The notes under the pieces were generated by a model that had not been told where the DNA came from, searched no databases, and saw only the letters and a program-made list of their open reading frames with translations. The position numbers and the translations under genes were made by a program. 64,000 nucleotides of DNA from a virus: IMG/VR virus record IMGVR_UViG_3300031994_000007; one strand, 5' to 3'. Every line of letters begins with the position of its first letter. Position 1 is the stretch's first letter. Shown here in pieces: positions 14,223 to 29,100 of this stretch.

Positions 14223-17200
14223 ACTACGCCGTATCCCCTTTCTATAGTATCAATATAAGTAATCGTTAACATATATAAATATTCAGCAAACTTCTAATAA
14301 ATTTCTTTTGTTAATCTTTCTTTATCAACTTTAATTGTTGTTAATTTATTTAATAAATTCTATATTTCAGTTAATCGTGTCTCATATTCATATTTTAATT
14401 CTCGCAAATCTTCTTCTGCCGCTGCATCTCCACGTATCTGTGTTAATAATTTATGATATAAATCTAAATTCTCAAAATATGCTGTCTCAATATTATCTAA
14501 ATATGGGTTTGATCCAAAGCCTATCCCATAATACAGATATGTCCAGCGCATACCAAGCATATCATGGAATATACGACGTAAACCACCATTTCCCTAATAA
14601 TATAAAGATGTTTTTTGACGTTCAAAATCATGTTCATTTTTAACATCAGCAGGAACATAACCCTAATTAGGATCTCTTAAATAGTAATTTTTATTTGAAT
14701 CATAAACTTCTAAAGTATTATCAGCATTGACATGGAAATATTCATGATAATTTATAAAATCAATACATAATTCTGGATAATTTGTAAAATAAAGATCTAA
14801 AGTCTACAAATCTTTTTTCCAATTTTCTTTATCTAAATATATATAAGGCACATAAGTTTTTTTGTCATCTGCTTTAATGAAATAACAACCTTCTTTATAT
14901 GCTACATCTGTAGATGTCACTTTTTCAATCAATGGGAAATTTTTATAAAATTTATCTTCAAAATCTCTTGCTTTTTGAATAATTGCAGAAAAATCAACAT
15001 GAGAATAACGGGCGTCACCATAAAATTTCTTATATTTTTCTAAAGAATAAGCAATTCCAAAATTATAAATTGGTGTTTCATTATTATTAATATGTAAAAT
15101 TTCTTCACGAGAAATAATATTCTAATTAATACCAACTCCAAAAGGTGCACGATTAAATAATAATTTTAAATAATGGTCACATTTTTGACGATAAATACTA
15201 CAATTCTAATTAGTTTTATTAATTAAATTAGATAAATCTCTTCCAATAGCTCTACTTGCCTATTTTGCTAAAAAATAATCTTTTAAAATTAAATTAGTAC
15301 TAGTTAATGTATCAATTTCTTGTTTCCATTTAATAATAGCCTTAGTATAATAATCTTTTTTTTGACGAGCATTAGTAATAATATTTTTTAATTGTTTCAT
15401 TTTACCGTCATTTTCTTTAATACCTTCTAAACGATAACCAGCTAATGTAAATTCACTTTGACTAACTACTTTTTCCCAATGAGCTTCCTAGTCCTAGAAA
15501 TCTGCCAATTTCGTTTCTAAGTTAACTAAATAAGTAATTAAATTTTTTAGATTTTCTTTATCATCAGGATCATCAACTTCAATATTAGCATTTAAATATA
15601 CAGATTTATTAGCATGAAAATAAGCTGCTATTAAATTAAACATTGTCATGTTAGCTTCTAAAATACCATAAAAACTGCCATATTCTTCAGCAAAAGGATT
15701 TGTTCTCTAATCATTTGGGATATCATGAGTAATTTTCCCTAAAAAGTTCTTTAAATAATTATATTTTTTAAGAGGGGTTATCAATAATTTATCATTTTCA
15801 TTAATTTTTAATCCTAAATTGGTATAATAATCTAAATTAGTAATTTTAGAAATATTTAATTGTTTTACATCCCAGTCATATAAGAAACTATAAAAATATC
15901 CTGAACAAGTTATTGGAGCACTATCAGTTAACCAAACTAACTTTTTACCTATCGAAGCATAATATTTTACTGTAGCATCAAATTCGTTATCATCCATATC
16001 TTTATAATCAAAAGCTAATACCAAATGATTAATAGAACTGCCTTTTATATAAATTTTAGTATCTCTCTAAAAAGGATTTTTATAATAAACTCCATTACTA
16101 GAAATATTAACATCTATAAAACTTCTTTGATTTTCTTCAATTGGAGCTCTTAATAACTAATAACCAGAAGGAATAATTCTGGCACCTTCTGCATAACCTG
16201 TAGTAATTATCTATGAATTTGGACCAATAGTGCGAATAGTTGGATAATAATATGGCTCGAATAGACTATTACTAGACTATTCTAAAATAACCAATTTATC
16301 ATCTAATCCATCATCTGATAAAAGCATTCCTAATGTACAACTTCTAATTGAATCAGAATTTCTTTGTCCTGGTCCATAAAAAATATTAGCCATATGAGCC
16401 TCAAGCTATTTACATCCATTCTAACGTGTTTCTACTTCCTCTGATTCTAATAAAGTTAAATAATTCGCAGCATCTGGATCTGTTTCTTCATCTAAAATAT
16501 ATAAAATATTTTTATAAACAGATAAGAAATAATGTGATAAATCAAACTAAAATTTATCTGTGCCTGGAGAATACGCTGGGTTGGTTGTTTCTGGATCGTC
16601 ATAACCATGCTATAAATCTTCTTCAATAGAATTGTATTTATGTAAAAAATCAAATGCTTCTAATTCATAAATATCTATATATTCTTTTATAAAATTACCA
16701 TACTCTTCTCCGGTATGAACAGTATTATCTAAATGTCCTAATTGTTGAATTAAAGCATTCTAATTCTAATAAATCCAGTTAACATAAGATGCCAAAGTCC
16801 TGAAATTATCTAATATAGAATCATTATAAACTAAAATATCATAAAAGAAATGTCTAGACTCTAAAACATCATTCAATTCATCAGCCAATAATAATTGATT
16901 TAAAACAGTACTATACTAATCTCTTACAGCATTTTCTTTATTATGCAATTCATTAATAACATTATCTAAATTATCAATTTCATCTTGAATAAGCTATTTA
17001 TTTTTAAGATAAATATTTTTGGTTTTATCTAATTTTTCAATACGTTCAGCATATAAAGTATCTTTATGCTTAATCTATTGTACAAGCTATTTAGATTCAT
17101 TTTCTACGTCAGCTGGATAATATTCATTTAAAAATTCTTTAATAGAAGTAGCCTAAGACTAATTAATTTTATCAGTGAATAAATTTAAAATAGCAAAAGC

Positions 17201-20200
17201 TTTATCATTCGCTTCTATTTCTTTTGTAAAGAAAACTAAATTCTTTAAGTCAAAAGGATTAGATACTAACCAATCATTAATTGCTCTTTCTGATACTGTA
17301 ACATATTCATCTCTAATTTGACTAATTTTATTATTAAAGGTCTATTCTACACCTCGATATGGATAATTATAATTTTCATATCTAAAATTATAATTACGTC
17401 CCTCATTACCAGGATGTTTTTTAATATCTTCTAAAATTGATATAGCATTAGTCCAAATTTTTTGTTCTGCTTCGATTTCAGCACCATACAAAGAATAGGC
17501 TTTATCATAAGCTGAAATAGCACTAAATTGCATACTTAAATATTTCTTTAAAGATCCGTTTGCATTATTCTTAATTTCATTATATAACTGCTCTAAAGTC
17601 TTTTTTGGAGTAAATAATTCACAAATCTACTCATATATTTTTTCATCTGTATTATCGACATAAGTATATTTAATTTCATTTTGAAGATCTAAACTAACCT
17701 GCTATCTTATAATATCTGTAGTAACAATTCTATCTTCTTGTAATATTTCCATTAAAGAAGCTAACTAATTAGCGTTTAAAATATTATTGCTATTAATTTC
17801 ATGTCCAACATCTTTTAAATATAAAGCTTTTATTCTATTTAATTTAGATGTAGCATGATTATTATAAGCAGTTAATAAATCAATAAGTGCATCAGCATTC
17901 TTATATAAATAAGTAGCTGTCGCATTTTGAATAGTAGTTAATAAATTCCCAGCTCTATCAACATTTAAAGATAACAATCTATTGACTAAATCAGCTTTCT
18001 GTCTGCTAATACGTAATAATTCATCAGCATATTTTTTATTTAATTTATTTAATAAATAATCATAATAAATAATAGTATGTTCAGGAGGTGGATTAGAATC
18101 ATCATAATCAGCAATATCAAAACCTCCAATTAATTCACCCTACTAAGCTTGAAGTTCAGCAATTTGCTATTCATAGTTATTAATAGTAGCTTCATGACGC
18201 AATTTTTGTTCTTTATAATAGTCAACATCAATCTAATAACTATCATGAATATAATCATAAAACTTATCTCTATTCTAAACAATAGTTACTGGTAATTCAT
18301 TTAAAAATAAACCACCAACTGTTTCAGCAGAAAAAATATCTTGCTATGTAGCTCTTGAAGATGATAAGTTAGAAATTCTTTTTTCAATTTCATTTCTATA
18401 ATTTAAAATAGTTTCGTTTCCTGATGTCTAATTCATATAACTATTGAAATCTTTTTCAATTTTTTGTGCAGCTGTTTGCTATTCTAATAATGTTTTATAA
18501 TGACCATCTTTAATTAATGTTGTTTTAGCTGAGTTTAATTTTGCTTTTATTTCAGAAACATTAGAAACTTTTCCATTTGAATCAAATTTTATTTCGATAT
18601 CTAAATAACCCAATTGTTTAGTAATCATATATTTATTCTATACTTTAATTAAGGTATAATCATTAAGACAATTAATTGGTGGATCAATATCTATATCAGT
18701 ATATAATGTATATAACTATAAAAAATAAGCAATTTCTTGAGCTATTTTTTCTCTATGATCCCATAATTTAACTTTCTATTCAACAATCTATTCATTAACT
18801 GCCTCTTGAACTCCCTTATATATTTCAGCATGAGAAGTAGATTCTAACTAATAGTTAATAATTTTTAATTTATCTTTAAGAATATCTCGTTCAGATTCTA
18901 ACTTATCAGATTCGCCTAGAGCATCTAATACACTATCCAACTATTTGCCATAAGTTCCAGCAACAGTTAAATAATCATTTTTTGCTTGTCTAACTTCATA
19001 ATTAGTTTCTTCTAAATCATAATCTACAGTACGTTTCTAATAAGTAATATTTGCTACAACTCCATTACCCAATCGGATTAAATCAATATCATCTAAATTA
19101 TACATTAATAATTCATTTATATCATTTAAATAAATATTATTATCACCAATAATTTCTGGATCAGAAATTTCTTCTCCTTCTTCAGTTTCAGGATTATAAT
19201 AATATGATTTGAATGTCTATAATTCATTAATAGCAAAACTAGGATCATATTCAGTATTTCCGCTCCACCAAGAATTAGTATAATTGTCGTAATATTTATA
19301 TCCTGGTGTATTAGAAGGTTCCCAATCCTATATATCTGGGTTCCAAATAAATACCTAAAAAATGGTCAATGAATTCTTCTATCCAGTAACAGCACCAAGA
19401 GTAACAATATCGTATACACTAACATTTCCACTATCCTAAAAATTATCTTTTTCATCAATCTCAATAACATCTTCATAAGATGTTTCATCTTTTTTCTATA
19501 CATATCTCATAGTCTAAGTGCCATTTTCTAAATAATCTAAAATTTTCTGATTATTTACATATCCCTAATAAAAAGGAGTTATCCCGAACATTGTATTAGG
19601 TCCGATTGGTTCAGTTTTATAAGCAAAAATAGGAATAATATCTCTTTTTTTGACATGTAAAATTTCTATTTTAGTAGCTTTATATTTTTCAACAACTACT
19701 TTATCATCCTATAATGATTCAATATTATAATTAATATGATTATTTGATAATAAATCATCATAAACATGTTTTACGCCATCGGCTTTTCTCCAACGATTTT
19801 TTACAACTCCATCAGCATTTGGGATACCATAACAATTTAATCGTAAATCAAAAGGTTCTAATAAATTATTTTTTGGTCCAACATATTGCTCACCAGCTTC
19901 TGTTGATAAATTAATACTAGCAATAGCATCAAAACGAGTTAATGTTAAAGTCTAATAAGAATAAATTAATTCTCTCTCAAAATCATTATATGTATTTACA
20001 TATGGATTAACTTTTATCCAAACTTTACTGATATGTCTTCCATCGTCATTAACTTCTAAACTACCAGTAACTCCAATAGTATAATAAATTGTGCCAGTAT
20101 CCTAATCGCCAAGAGAAGATTCATCATATAATATTTTTACTTCATCCCCCGGAGCAAAATGCTAAATCATAACACTATTTATGCTAATTCCTTGTGGAGT

Positions 20201-22348
20201 CATTAATACAAATCCTTGATCATCAATAATATCTGCATAATCAGGATTTTTAGCTAGCTAAATCATTTCTTGTACATTAACAATATTCCACTATTCTTCA
20301 TAACTACTAACACTTTTTGGTGTAACTAAACCATATTTAATTAAATTTTCAAAAGAAATTTCATCAATTTCATCAATCGTAGCCGATACATTATACAATA
20401 AACGACTAATACGTTCTTCCGGCGTCATAGACACGTTTAAAATACGAACTAAATAATTTCCTTCAGTTGAAGATCTAAATAATTTAACTTTTCCATCATT
20501 CAACCAATCTAAAACTTTTAGTCTAAAATAGCGTTCTCCAGAAAAATTCTCACTTGTTAAATTTGTATCTGTTCTTACATAAGCAAATGAATCACTATCT
20601 TCTTCTGGGACATCTCGTGTTACATGGCCATCTGTATACAAATTTAATAACCTATATCTAAATTTTTGCTAAGGTTTGCGAACCATAACGTATCTGACTT
20701 CAGTATATAATAATTGTTTAGTATAAGGGTCATAAACATCATTTTCTTCTTTTACAAAATATACATTTTGTTCAACTGAATTTTCAATTTCTTTTGTTGA
20801 ATAATAAATATCTTTTGATGAAATTCCTCTATATTTTGTCTATTCTAAAATGCCACTTTCTTTTAATTCATCCTAAGACAAAAACAACTATGCTGTATCA
20901 CTTTGATAAGAAATTAAACCAGAAATACCAAATTCTTTATAAGATACAGAACCATTTCTAAAAATAAAAGGATATTTACTTCCAATTGTTTCAATCTTTT
21001 TTTCTGGAATAGCTGTTTTAAAAGATTTAATTTTTGAATTATAACTAATTTTTAACTAACGAGTGCCATCACTTATAAATATATGTTCAAAATCTGCAAC
21101 TACAGTATCTTCTATTTCTTCGGTATCCCCATTGGCATTAACAATAGGATGGCTCTAAAAAGTCATAGCTGAATATACTTCATGAATATTATATTGCTAA
21201 AGGGCATATTTATATTCAATACCTTGCTAAACAGTTTGATCTTTATGATGAATAGTAGAAGGTTTTTGGCTCTATATAGCAAAACGAGATACTTCAACCC
21301 ATTCTGTAAAATTACTTTCAGCCGAACTTCTTTTAATTACAAAATTTCCAGTATAAGCAGCTTCGCCATAAACTGCTGATTCAGAACGTATATATAAAGC
21401 ACGTTCTCCCATTAAATATTCCCATTCTTCTAAATTCCCATCAAATTCTATAAAATTTAAATCCTATTTTCTAAAATAAATTACTTCATCATCATAATCT
21501 TTAGTAGGATCAGCAAGCTAATAGTAACGCTGCCTTAATTCCTCATTTTCTTCAAATTCTCCCTCTAGACTTACATCAATATAACCATTTTCATAGTTAT
21601 TTTTTGCTCGTAATTTTATTTTATATTCTGTAGGGACAGAAGCTATCTTCATAATTTTATATCTTGGACTTGATACAGTAAATCCATTTAAAGTAGTAAC
21701 TATATATTCTAAATAATAAGTATCTCCTGAATTAAATTCACTATAAATACGCCAAAAATCCTATGAAGTATCACTATTTGTATCCTAAGTAGCATCATGG
21801 ATATTTTCATTAGAAGTTAATTTTAAAACTCCATCCATATCATATATATTAAATATATATGAATATGCTTTCTCAGTACTGTCACCATAAGTAGTATCTT
21901 GTGAATAAACACCATAAAAAGAATCATTAAACATATTAATATTACCTGATGTATATCCATTAATAGATGCAGTTGGCGCGGCAATACATTTTATAATTCC
22001 AACAGTAGAATAATATCCAACATTATCATTATGATCGACAAAAGCAATCTAAACACGATAATATTGACTTTCATTAAATAATTTCTTTTTTTTATCAAAT
22101 AAAAAAATAGCATTACCTGTTTCTAAGTCATGCTATGTATCTATATAATCAGATACTAAAAAAGTATTTGTAGATGTAGTTCTAATCCTTATTGCGATAC
22201 CTTTAATAGAGTTAACACTAACAGCACGATTTAACCCAAAAGGAATTTTTAAAGTTGTTCCTAAAAAGTTATTATTATTATTAATATCATAAGTATTAAC
22301 AAATGCTGGTAAACTCCCCTCTAATTGAGGCGGATAAAGTTTAGCCAT
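14219..22348 (-). CDS. giant virion structural protein (2709 codons; tail/baseplate-associated, dozens of in-frame TAG)
   Basis: RBS AAAGGAGGATG before ATG 22348. All >=60-aa fragments (22133, 20291, 17765, 17342, 15707, 14360) share one frame separated only by TAG. Ends TGA 14219 overlapping the next ATG (ATGA). Confidence 0.5.
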
Positions 22349-22393
22349 ACTTATACATCCTCCTTTAACTCTTAATATATATTAATTACTATT

Positions 22394-22972
22394 TTATATT
22401 TTAAGTTTATCTTTAATAGACACTATATCTGCTTTTATTGATTCAAGTTCTCGATCAATAGTATCTATTTTTTCATTAATAATACTTATATCACTTTCAA
22501 TAACTTCAATTGCTTCTTCAAAGCTATTCTTTAAAGTTTCAACATAGTTATGTTCATCATTTATTAATTTTTTATAATCTTTTTGTATATAATCATGTTC
22601 ATAGGTGTTAGAACGTTTAATTGTATTAAAATCATCTTTTAATAGTTCTACCTATTTTATTTTAGTCTCTTGGACTACTGTATTTTGATTATCAGGGATA
22701 TATCTATCCATAATAACTTTTTGTTTAGTATAGTCATTATCAGGAATTCTAATATACACTTTATCTCCAATTCCATATGTAATAATATCCGAATATGCTG
22801 TAAATCTAATATTATTATCAGTAGTTACCTAATAACGACCATAATTAGCTCGACTATTATCAGTAATTGTACCAATAATTGTTTTATCAAACTATACATT
22901 TTCCAATCTTTTTGTTGTAATAGCATCAATAGCTTCAAATAACTGCTAAACAATTTCATTTCTATCTGCCAT
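22394..22972 (-). CDS. hypothetical tail protein (192 aa, 4 in-frame TAG)
   Basis: RBS AAAGGAGAA. Coiled-coil-like C-terminus. TAA at 22394. Confidence 0.5.
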
Positions 22973-23047
22973 TTTACTATTCTCCTTTATCTCAAAAATC
23001 TTCTATATAGATTTAAAAACAAAATAAATAAAATTACTAATAATTGT

Positions 23048-23095
23048 CCAAATAAAAAAAAGTACAAGTTTTTATAAAAAACTTGTACTTTTTAA
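23048..23095 (-). terminator. strong bidirectional intrinsic terminator downstream of tape measure gene
   Basis: AAAAAAGTACAAGTTTTT-ATAA-AAAACTTGTACTTTTT perfect inverted repeat flanked by A/T runs. Confidence 0.6.
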
Positions 23096-23191
23096 TTATA
23101 TCTTTCTATTTGCATATTGAATAGCTCGATTTACTAAATTATCAAAAGCTTCTTCAATTTCATTATGGTCTGTAGCATCTGGAAATACTGC

Positions 23192-26100
23192 TTCAATATG
23201 AACTTCTTGCTATAGTGTCTATTCAAAACCACCAATAGATGGTGAGAATAAATTTCCTAATCCCTATGCCATAGACATTGCTGATATATCAATTTGACGT
23301 AAAATAGTAGCAGCTTCTAATAAATTATTAGTATCATTTTCATTAAATATCTATTCATGTTCATGAAGCACTGCTATCTTTCCATCTGGTCCCCAACTAC
23401 CAGTATAACCACCAGTATCTAATGAGGTGGCTTCTCGTAATTCAGCATCAAATTTATCAGAAATCGCCTTAAACTATTCTTTATTTATTTTACCACCAGA
23501 ATAATTTCTAGAAGCAGTTAAGTAATCATCTAAAGAATCGTGCAAATGATTATATGAACGTAATGTTCCTAAAGTTGCAATTAAATCATTTAATGAGGCG
23601 ATCATTTTTTCATTTTGCTAAGTCATTTCTATAATTCCATTAGCATATTCTTTTTCCCAACTTACTGCTTGGGCAAGAGCATCACTAAATTTTTCATTTA
23701 ATAAATTTGATAAAGCAAAAACTTGATTTTTTGTTTCTTCAGATGCGTCACCTATATTGGTTGTTACTGATGATACCTAATTAGCAAACTACGAAATACT
23801 AGCCCCAGTAAGCTCTAAAATACTATCTAACATTTTTTTACGATCATCTAATGCATCAGACATATCATATAAAAATGAATCACTAGCTGTTATCCAATTA
23901 TCCATATAATCTTGGATACTATCCATACCGGTTAAACTTGCTAATTTTGTTTTTTCCCATAAATCTATTAAATCAGCTCCAGTAGCCTAATAAACACCAA
24001 GCATTCTATCCATAGTATCAGCTTGATTATTAAATGCGTTTAAACTCTAATCATTAAAATAATTCTATTGATTAGCTAACCATTCATTTAACTCTTCAAT
24101 TCGTGCTCTTCGTTCCTAATCATCTAAAGTGGTATCTTTCATAATTTCAGCAAGAGTTTCTCTATAAGTTGTCTACACTTCTAAAGCTTTTTCCTATAAT
24201 TCTTGAATATAATTATCATTTAACTCTTGATAAGCATGGAGTTTATCTTCGTATTGCTATTCAGCTTGAGCAATTTCTTCTTGATTTGCTGTATAAATAT
24301 ATCCCCAATTACCTTCTGCATCACGAGATAAACGAACAGTATGTTTAGCATCTTGTGCAATCTATAAATCATTATAAGCCTGTTGCATTTCTAATTTAGC
24401 TCTTAATGCATCTAAATCATATTGACTTAATTGCACGCCTTCTACTTGATATTCATTTATCTAACGCTAAATTTCAAGTAATTCTTTTCTATTTGTTACA
24501 CCACGAGTATCACTTAATGTTTTATTTAAGTCTCTCTGTAATTTATTCAATTCATATAATTTATCATAATCTTGCAAATACAAATCTTCACTTTCAGATT
24601 GTCTACCAAAAGCTTCTTTTAAATAATCTAAACTACCAAAAGCACCGGACATAGCTTCATCAAATTTATCAGTAATATCCTCAATCATCTATTCAAAAAT
24701 AGCCTAAGCCTATTCCATAGTTTCTTGCCAAGAACTAAGATATTCTTCTTCAGAATCTTTTATCTCAGAATCTAATGTTTCTAATAATTCTTTATACTCT
24801 CTGGCCGCATCTTCTCCGCCTTCCGCTAAGGCGGTATCATATAGAGCTTGAGCTTCTGATCTTTGCATTACTAAATCTTCATAACGTTTTTTAGCAGCTT
24901 CAATAGTATTCTTAGAATTTTCTAACATAGCATTATTTAAGTCAGAAATTAACTTTTTCTATTCTTTATTAACTGAATGTCCCATTAAATCAGTTATATC
25001 TTTATACACTTGTAAAGTATTTTTATAATGAGAGAATAAATCATATTGAGTTTGGATTTTATCATTAAATTCATCAAAAACATTTAAAATTTTATCAGCT
25101 ATATTGCCGCGCATTTCTAATAACGCTTGATTTGCTTCCAATATACTATCTCGCCAATCTCTAATCTATTCAACTTGATCTCCTGTAAAATCACCATTTT
25201 CAATTAAAGCTTTAACTCTTTCATCATCTAAATTAGATAAATCAGCCATAGTCATACCTTTTGACTTTAATAAATCTATTAATCCTGTTTCATAAATCTT
25301 TATTTTATCTAAAGTATTAGTTGTCTATTTCCCAAAAATAGAAATAGCTTCAGCTGCTTTATAAGCATCATCAGAATATTTTTCTAAGAAATATTCTAAT
25401 AATTTAGCTTCATCATCTGCTATACTAATCTTTAATTCAATTTTAGTAGTAATTAATTCAAAGAAAGCATCGTTTAATTCATCAATACCTGTTGCAGTTG
25501 AATAAATTTGATCTTCTAATTTACCTAAAGTCTCTTCATACTAAGAAATTGCTTTTTTAGCATCTTCTAAAGCGGTTTTTTGCTCATTAATAGAATCTGG
25601 AATTTCATCACCTGTAGCATTATAGCTATTTTCTTCATCAATAAGAGCGTTTTCCATATCCAATAGAGCATCTTGAATTTCTTGATAATTAGAGATAACA
25701 CCATCTTTATCAATCTCAACTTTAATTCCAAGACTACCCAACTATGACATCATATCTGATTTATCTTGAGAAAGAAATTCCTAAATTTCTTTCATATAAT
25801 CAGATTGAAGCTCTAAAGATTCTTTCCTTAAAGATATTTCTTTTTCTAATTGAGCAATTTTTTCAGCTCCAAATGCTCTCTCTTTACGTCTAGCAGCTTC
25901 GTCCTAAGCTTTTTTAATATTATCAAGTCGTTTATTAACAGTATGATAACGCTCACTAGCATCAGCTTTGACATGAGATGTTAAAGAACGAGGTTTCTTT
26001 TCAGAGCCAGATGAACTACCTCCGCCGCCACTAGAGCCACTAGATTTACTGCCCCCAGTACCACTACTTGTATTACTTAACTTGTGGTGACTAATATTGC

Positions 26101-29100
26101 CACCCTAGGCCCCTGTAGCGGTAATTGTTTCTACTTTTAAAGCATGCCCTCCTGGCTTTGCATCAATCATTTTAGCAGGTTTAGTTTCCATATGACCTGG
26201 TTCTGCTATTTCCATATAACTGAAATCTCTTGTTCCACCTTCTGCACCATTTGATAGTTGCTCTGTTTTCATAATATAAGTAGCTGGAACAAAATATGAA
26301 AGTTCACTTGGCACCTCTTCTACGCCAGGATCTTCATCAGAAAAAGTAAGATTATATCCCATTTTACCAAAAGCTTCATTAGCTTGTTCGGCAGTCCATC
26401 CTGCTGCAGCAATAATTTCATTACATTTCTCTAATAATGGACCAGTATCAATTACATCGCCTGGGTTTAAATGTAAATTATATAATTCATCCTATAATGT
26501 ATCCATAGCAGAAAGAATATCATTAGTTAGAGCATCAAAATCCATCATAACATCTGGACCAATATCAAAAAATTCTCTGATACTGTCCTAATTAGCTTCT
26601 ACTTGTTGTCTTATTTCATCAAAAGAATTATAAATTGTATCATCAGTAGCTCTCTCAACCAATGTGTCATAAGCAGTTATATTTCCATCTAATGCTTCTT
26701 TCATTAACCAAGCATTTTCAGCACTTTCTAAAAATGATTTTGATAAATGAGCATCTTGACTTAAATTCAATAAATCACTATATGTATTTTCTAAGTCCTG
26801 TAACATCTATATAGTGATTTTTCCAGACTAGAATCCTTCTAACCAATTTTTCCAACTAGACTAGAAACGTTTTGCAGCTGCTTCGGCACGAAGAAGTTCT
26901 TCGGCTATTAAACGTATTATTTCAGGATTATTTAAAGCTTCTTTATCAAGATCATATAATTCTGCTCCATACTCTTTCAAAAAAGCTATTCTTTCTTTTA
27001 GAGCATCATTACTTATATCAGGATCTAATTCTTTAAGTTTTTCAGTATTGATGCCATCAACTGCTTCTTCAAAATTATGAATAGATTCTTCATAATCTTC
27101 AATTTCTTGCGTTAATTCAGGATATAAATTTTTTAAAGATTCAAATATTTGTAATAATCTTTCATAAACTTCAGGATTAGCATTTTTAAATGCTTCTATT
27201 CCTTCAATACCTTGGTATGAGCCACTATTCTAATTATATAAATCTTCAGCTATTTTTATTTCTGGAGATTTATTTTCCCCTTGAATTGCTTGAATAAAAC
27301 TTAACATACCTTCAATGCTTTCACCGGCTTGATTATATTTTTCTTGATAACCTTCTGCAGTGTCAGCAATTTCTTTTAATGCATTAAAACTTTCAATAGA
27401 ATCTTGTAAACCTTTATTAAATTCTTCTAATACAATCGTATTAAAGATTTCCTAAAATTCTTCAGCGTCTCCTTTAAAGCTATAATCCCCAGTCGCTGTT
27501 CTTGAAAAATAATGCCTTAATGTATCAAATTCAAATTCTGATTCATGAGCAGCTAAATACTCATTAATCTAATCTTCATACTGCTATAAATAGCCATAAT
27601 CATCTGAAGAAATCTCTTCCCCATATTCTAAATTAGAAATAACTTTTTTTGCATTTTTATATCTTTCAGCCGCTTCATCAAATGTAATTCCAGCAGCTTC
27701 TTTCATTAACTCAATAATCTTTTCTAATGGTACTTTAAAGTCATCAGCGGCAAAACCAGCAGCGATTAATTTATCAGATAATTTACTAACTGTTGTAGTC
27801 TGCCAATCGACGCCATCTAAAACATCACTTAGTTCGCCGGCCCTATCACCAGCTGTTTCAAACATTTCTTTTAAGCTTTTAAAACTTGTTAAGTCATTAC
27901 CCAAACCAATTGCTTCTATTAACTACTCACCAATTCTTTTATACTAATCAGGAGAAATAGTATCAAATTTGGTTAGATTCGTCATAAAATCTTCTAAGAA
28001 TTTTTGAGTATATTTAGGTAATTCTTGGAATATTTTACTAAAAGTATTTTCCCAATCTTGGGTAACTCCATCAAAAACTTCTTCAGCTTCTAATCTATTA
28101 GCATATCCTAAATTATGAGCCTGTCCAACAAATTTTTTACCAAAAGTTTTTAATTCTTGTCGATTAAAACCAGATAAATCTGGATTCTAATTTCTAACTA
28201 TCGCAATTATAGCATTTAGCTAATCTTCATTATTCTGAAACTATGCTGCTAATACATCTGCTGCTTCTACAAAAGACTATGCATTTAAAATAATTTGTCT
28301 GACTTTTTCAACATCAGCTTCTGGTCCACCAGCTTTAGCGATATCAACATCCATTAATGCCGCAGCTAAACCAGCATTATCACTTTTTAATTCCTAAGCC
28401 ATTTTAATAACAGCTGAATTTACCTAAGTACTATAAGCGTTTTCAGCAGTTGAAAATTCATCTAAAGCTGTAATAATTGGCTCTAAATCTTCCATTTTAG
28501 CAGATAATGACTCAAAAAAGTTAATTATTTCTTCATTATCAAGCCCACTTAAAAAATCTTTATCAAAACCTAGTCTATCTAATGTATTTCTATATAAAGA
28601 AACCTCAGCTTCGTCAGCTGCTTCTGCTGCTCCCAACTTGTCATAAGGATTTACATTTAATGCTTTATCAAAAGCTTCAGCACGAGCATCTTTGATCTCC
28701 TATCCCATCTTTGGAAAATAATATTTTAAGAAAGTGCTTAACTCTTTATTATTTTTAAGAGAATTAATAGCATCATTTATTTCTTCTTCGGTATATTTAC
28801 GGAGCCCAAGGAAACCACTCTAAACTACTCCCTCTATAGCACTATCTACAGCAAGTTCTTTTTCTAAATATGTATTTCTTGCTAGCTCTACTTGTTTTTG
28901 AACTTCATCAATTCTACTTGCTCGCTAAGCTTGTTCTAAATCAGCTTCTTCAAAAATTAAAGCTCCATTACTATTAATTTTTACTTTTGAAGCCAATTCA
29001 GGCCATAACTCTATTAATTTTAAAGCTTCTTCATTCGTTTTCTCAATAGCTTCTCGCCATTCTTTAGTGCCTTCTGTTAGCTAATCAATACTATTTCTTG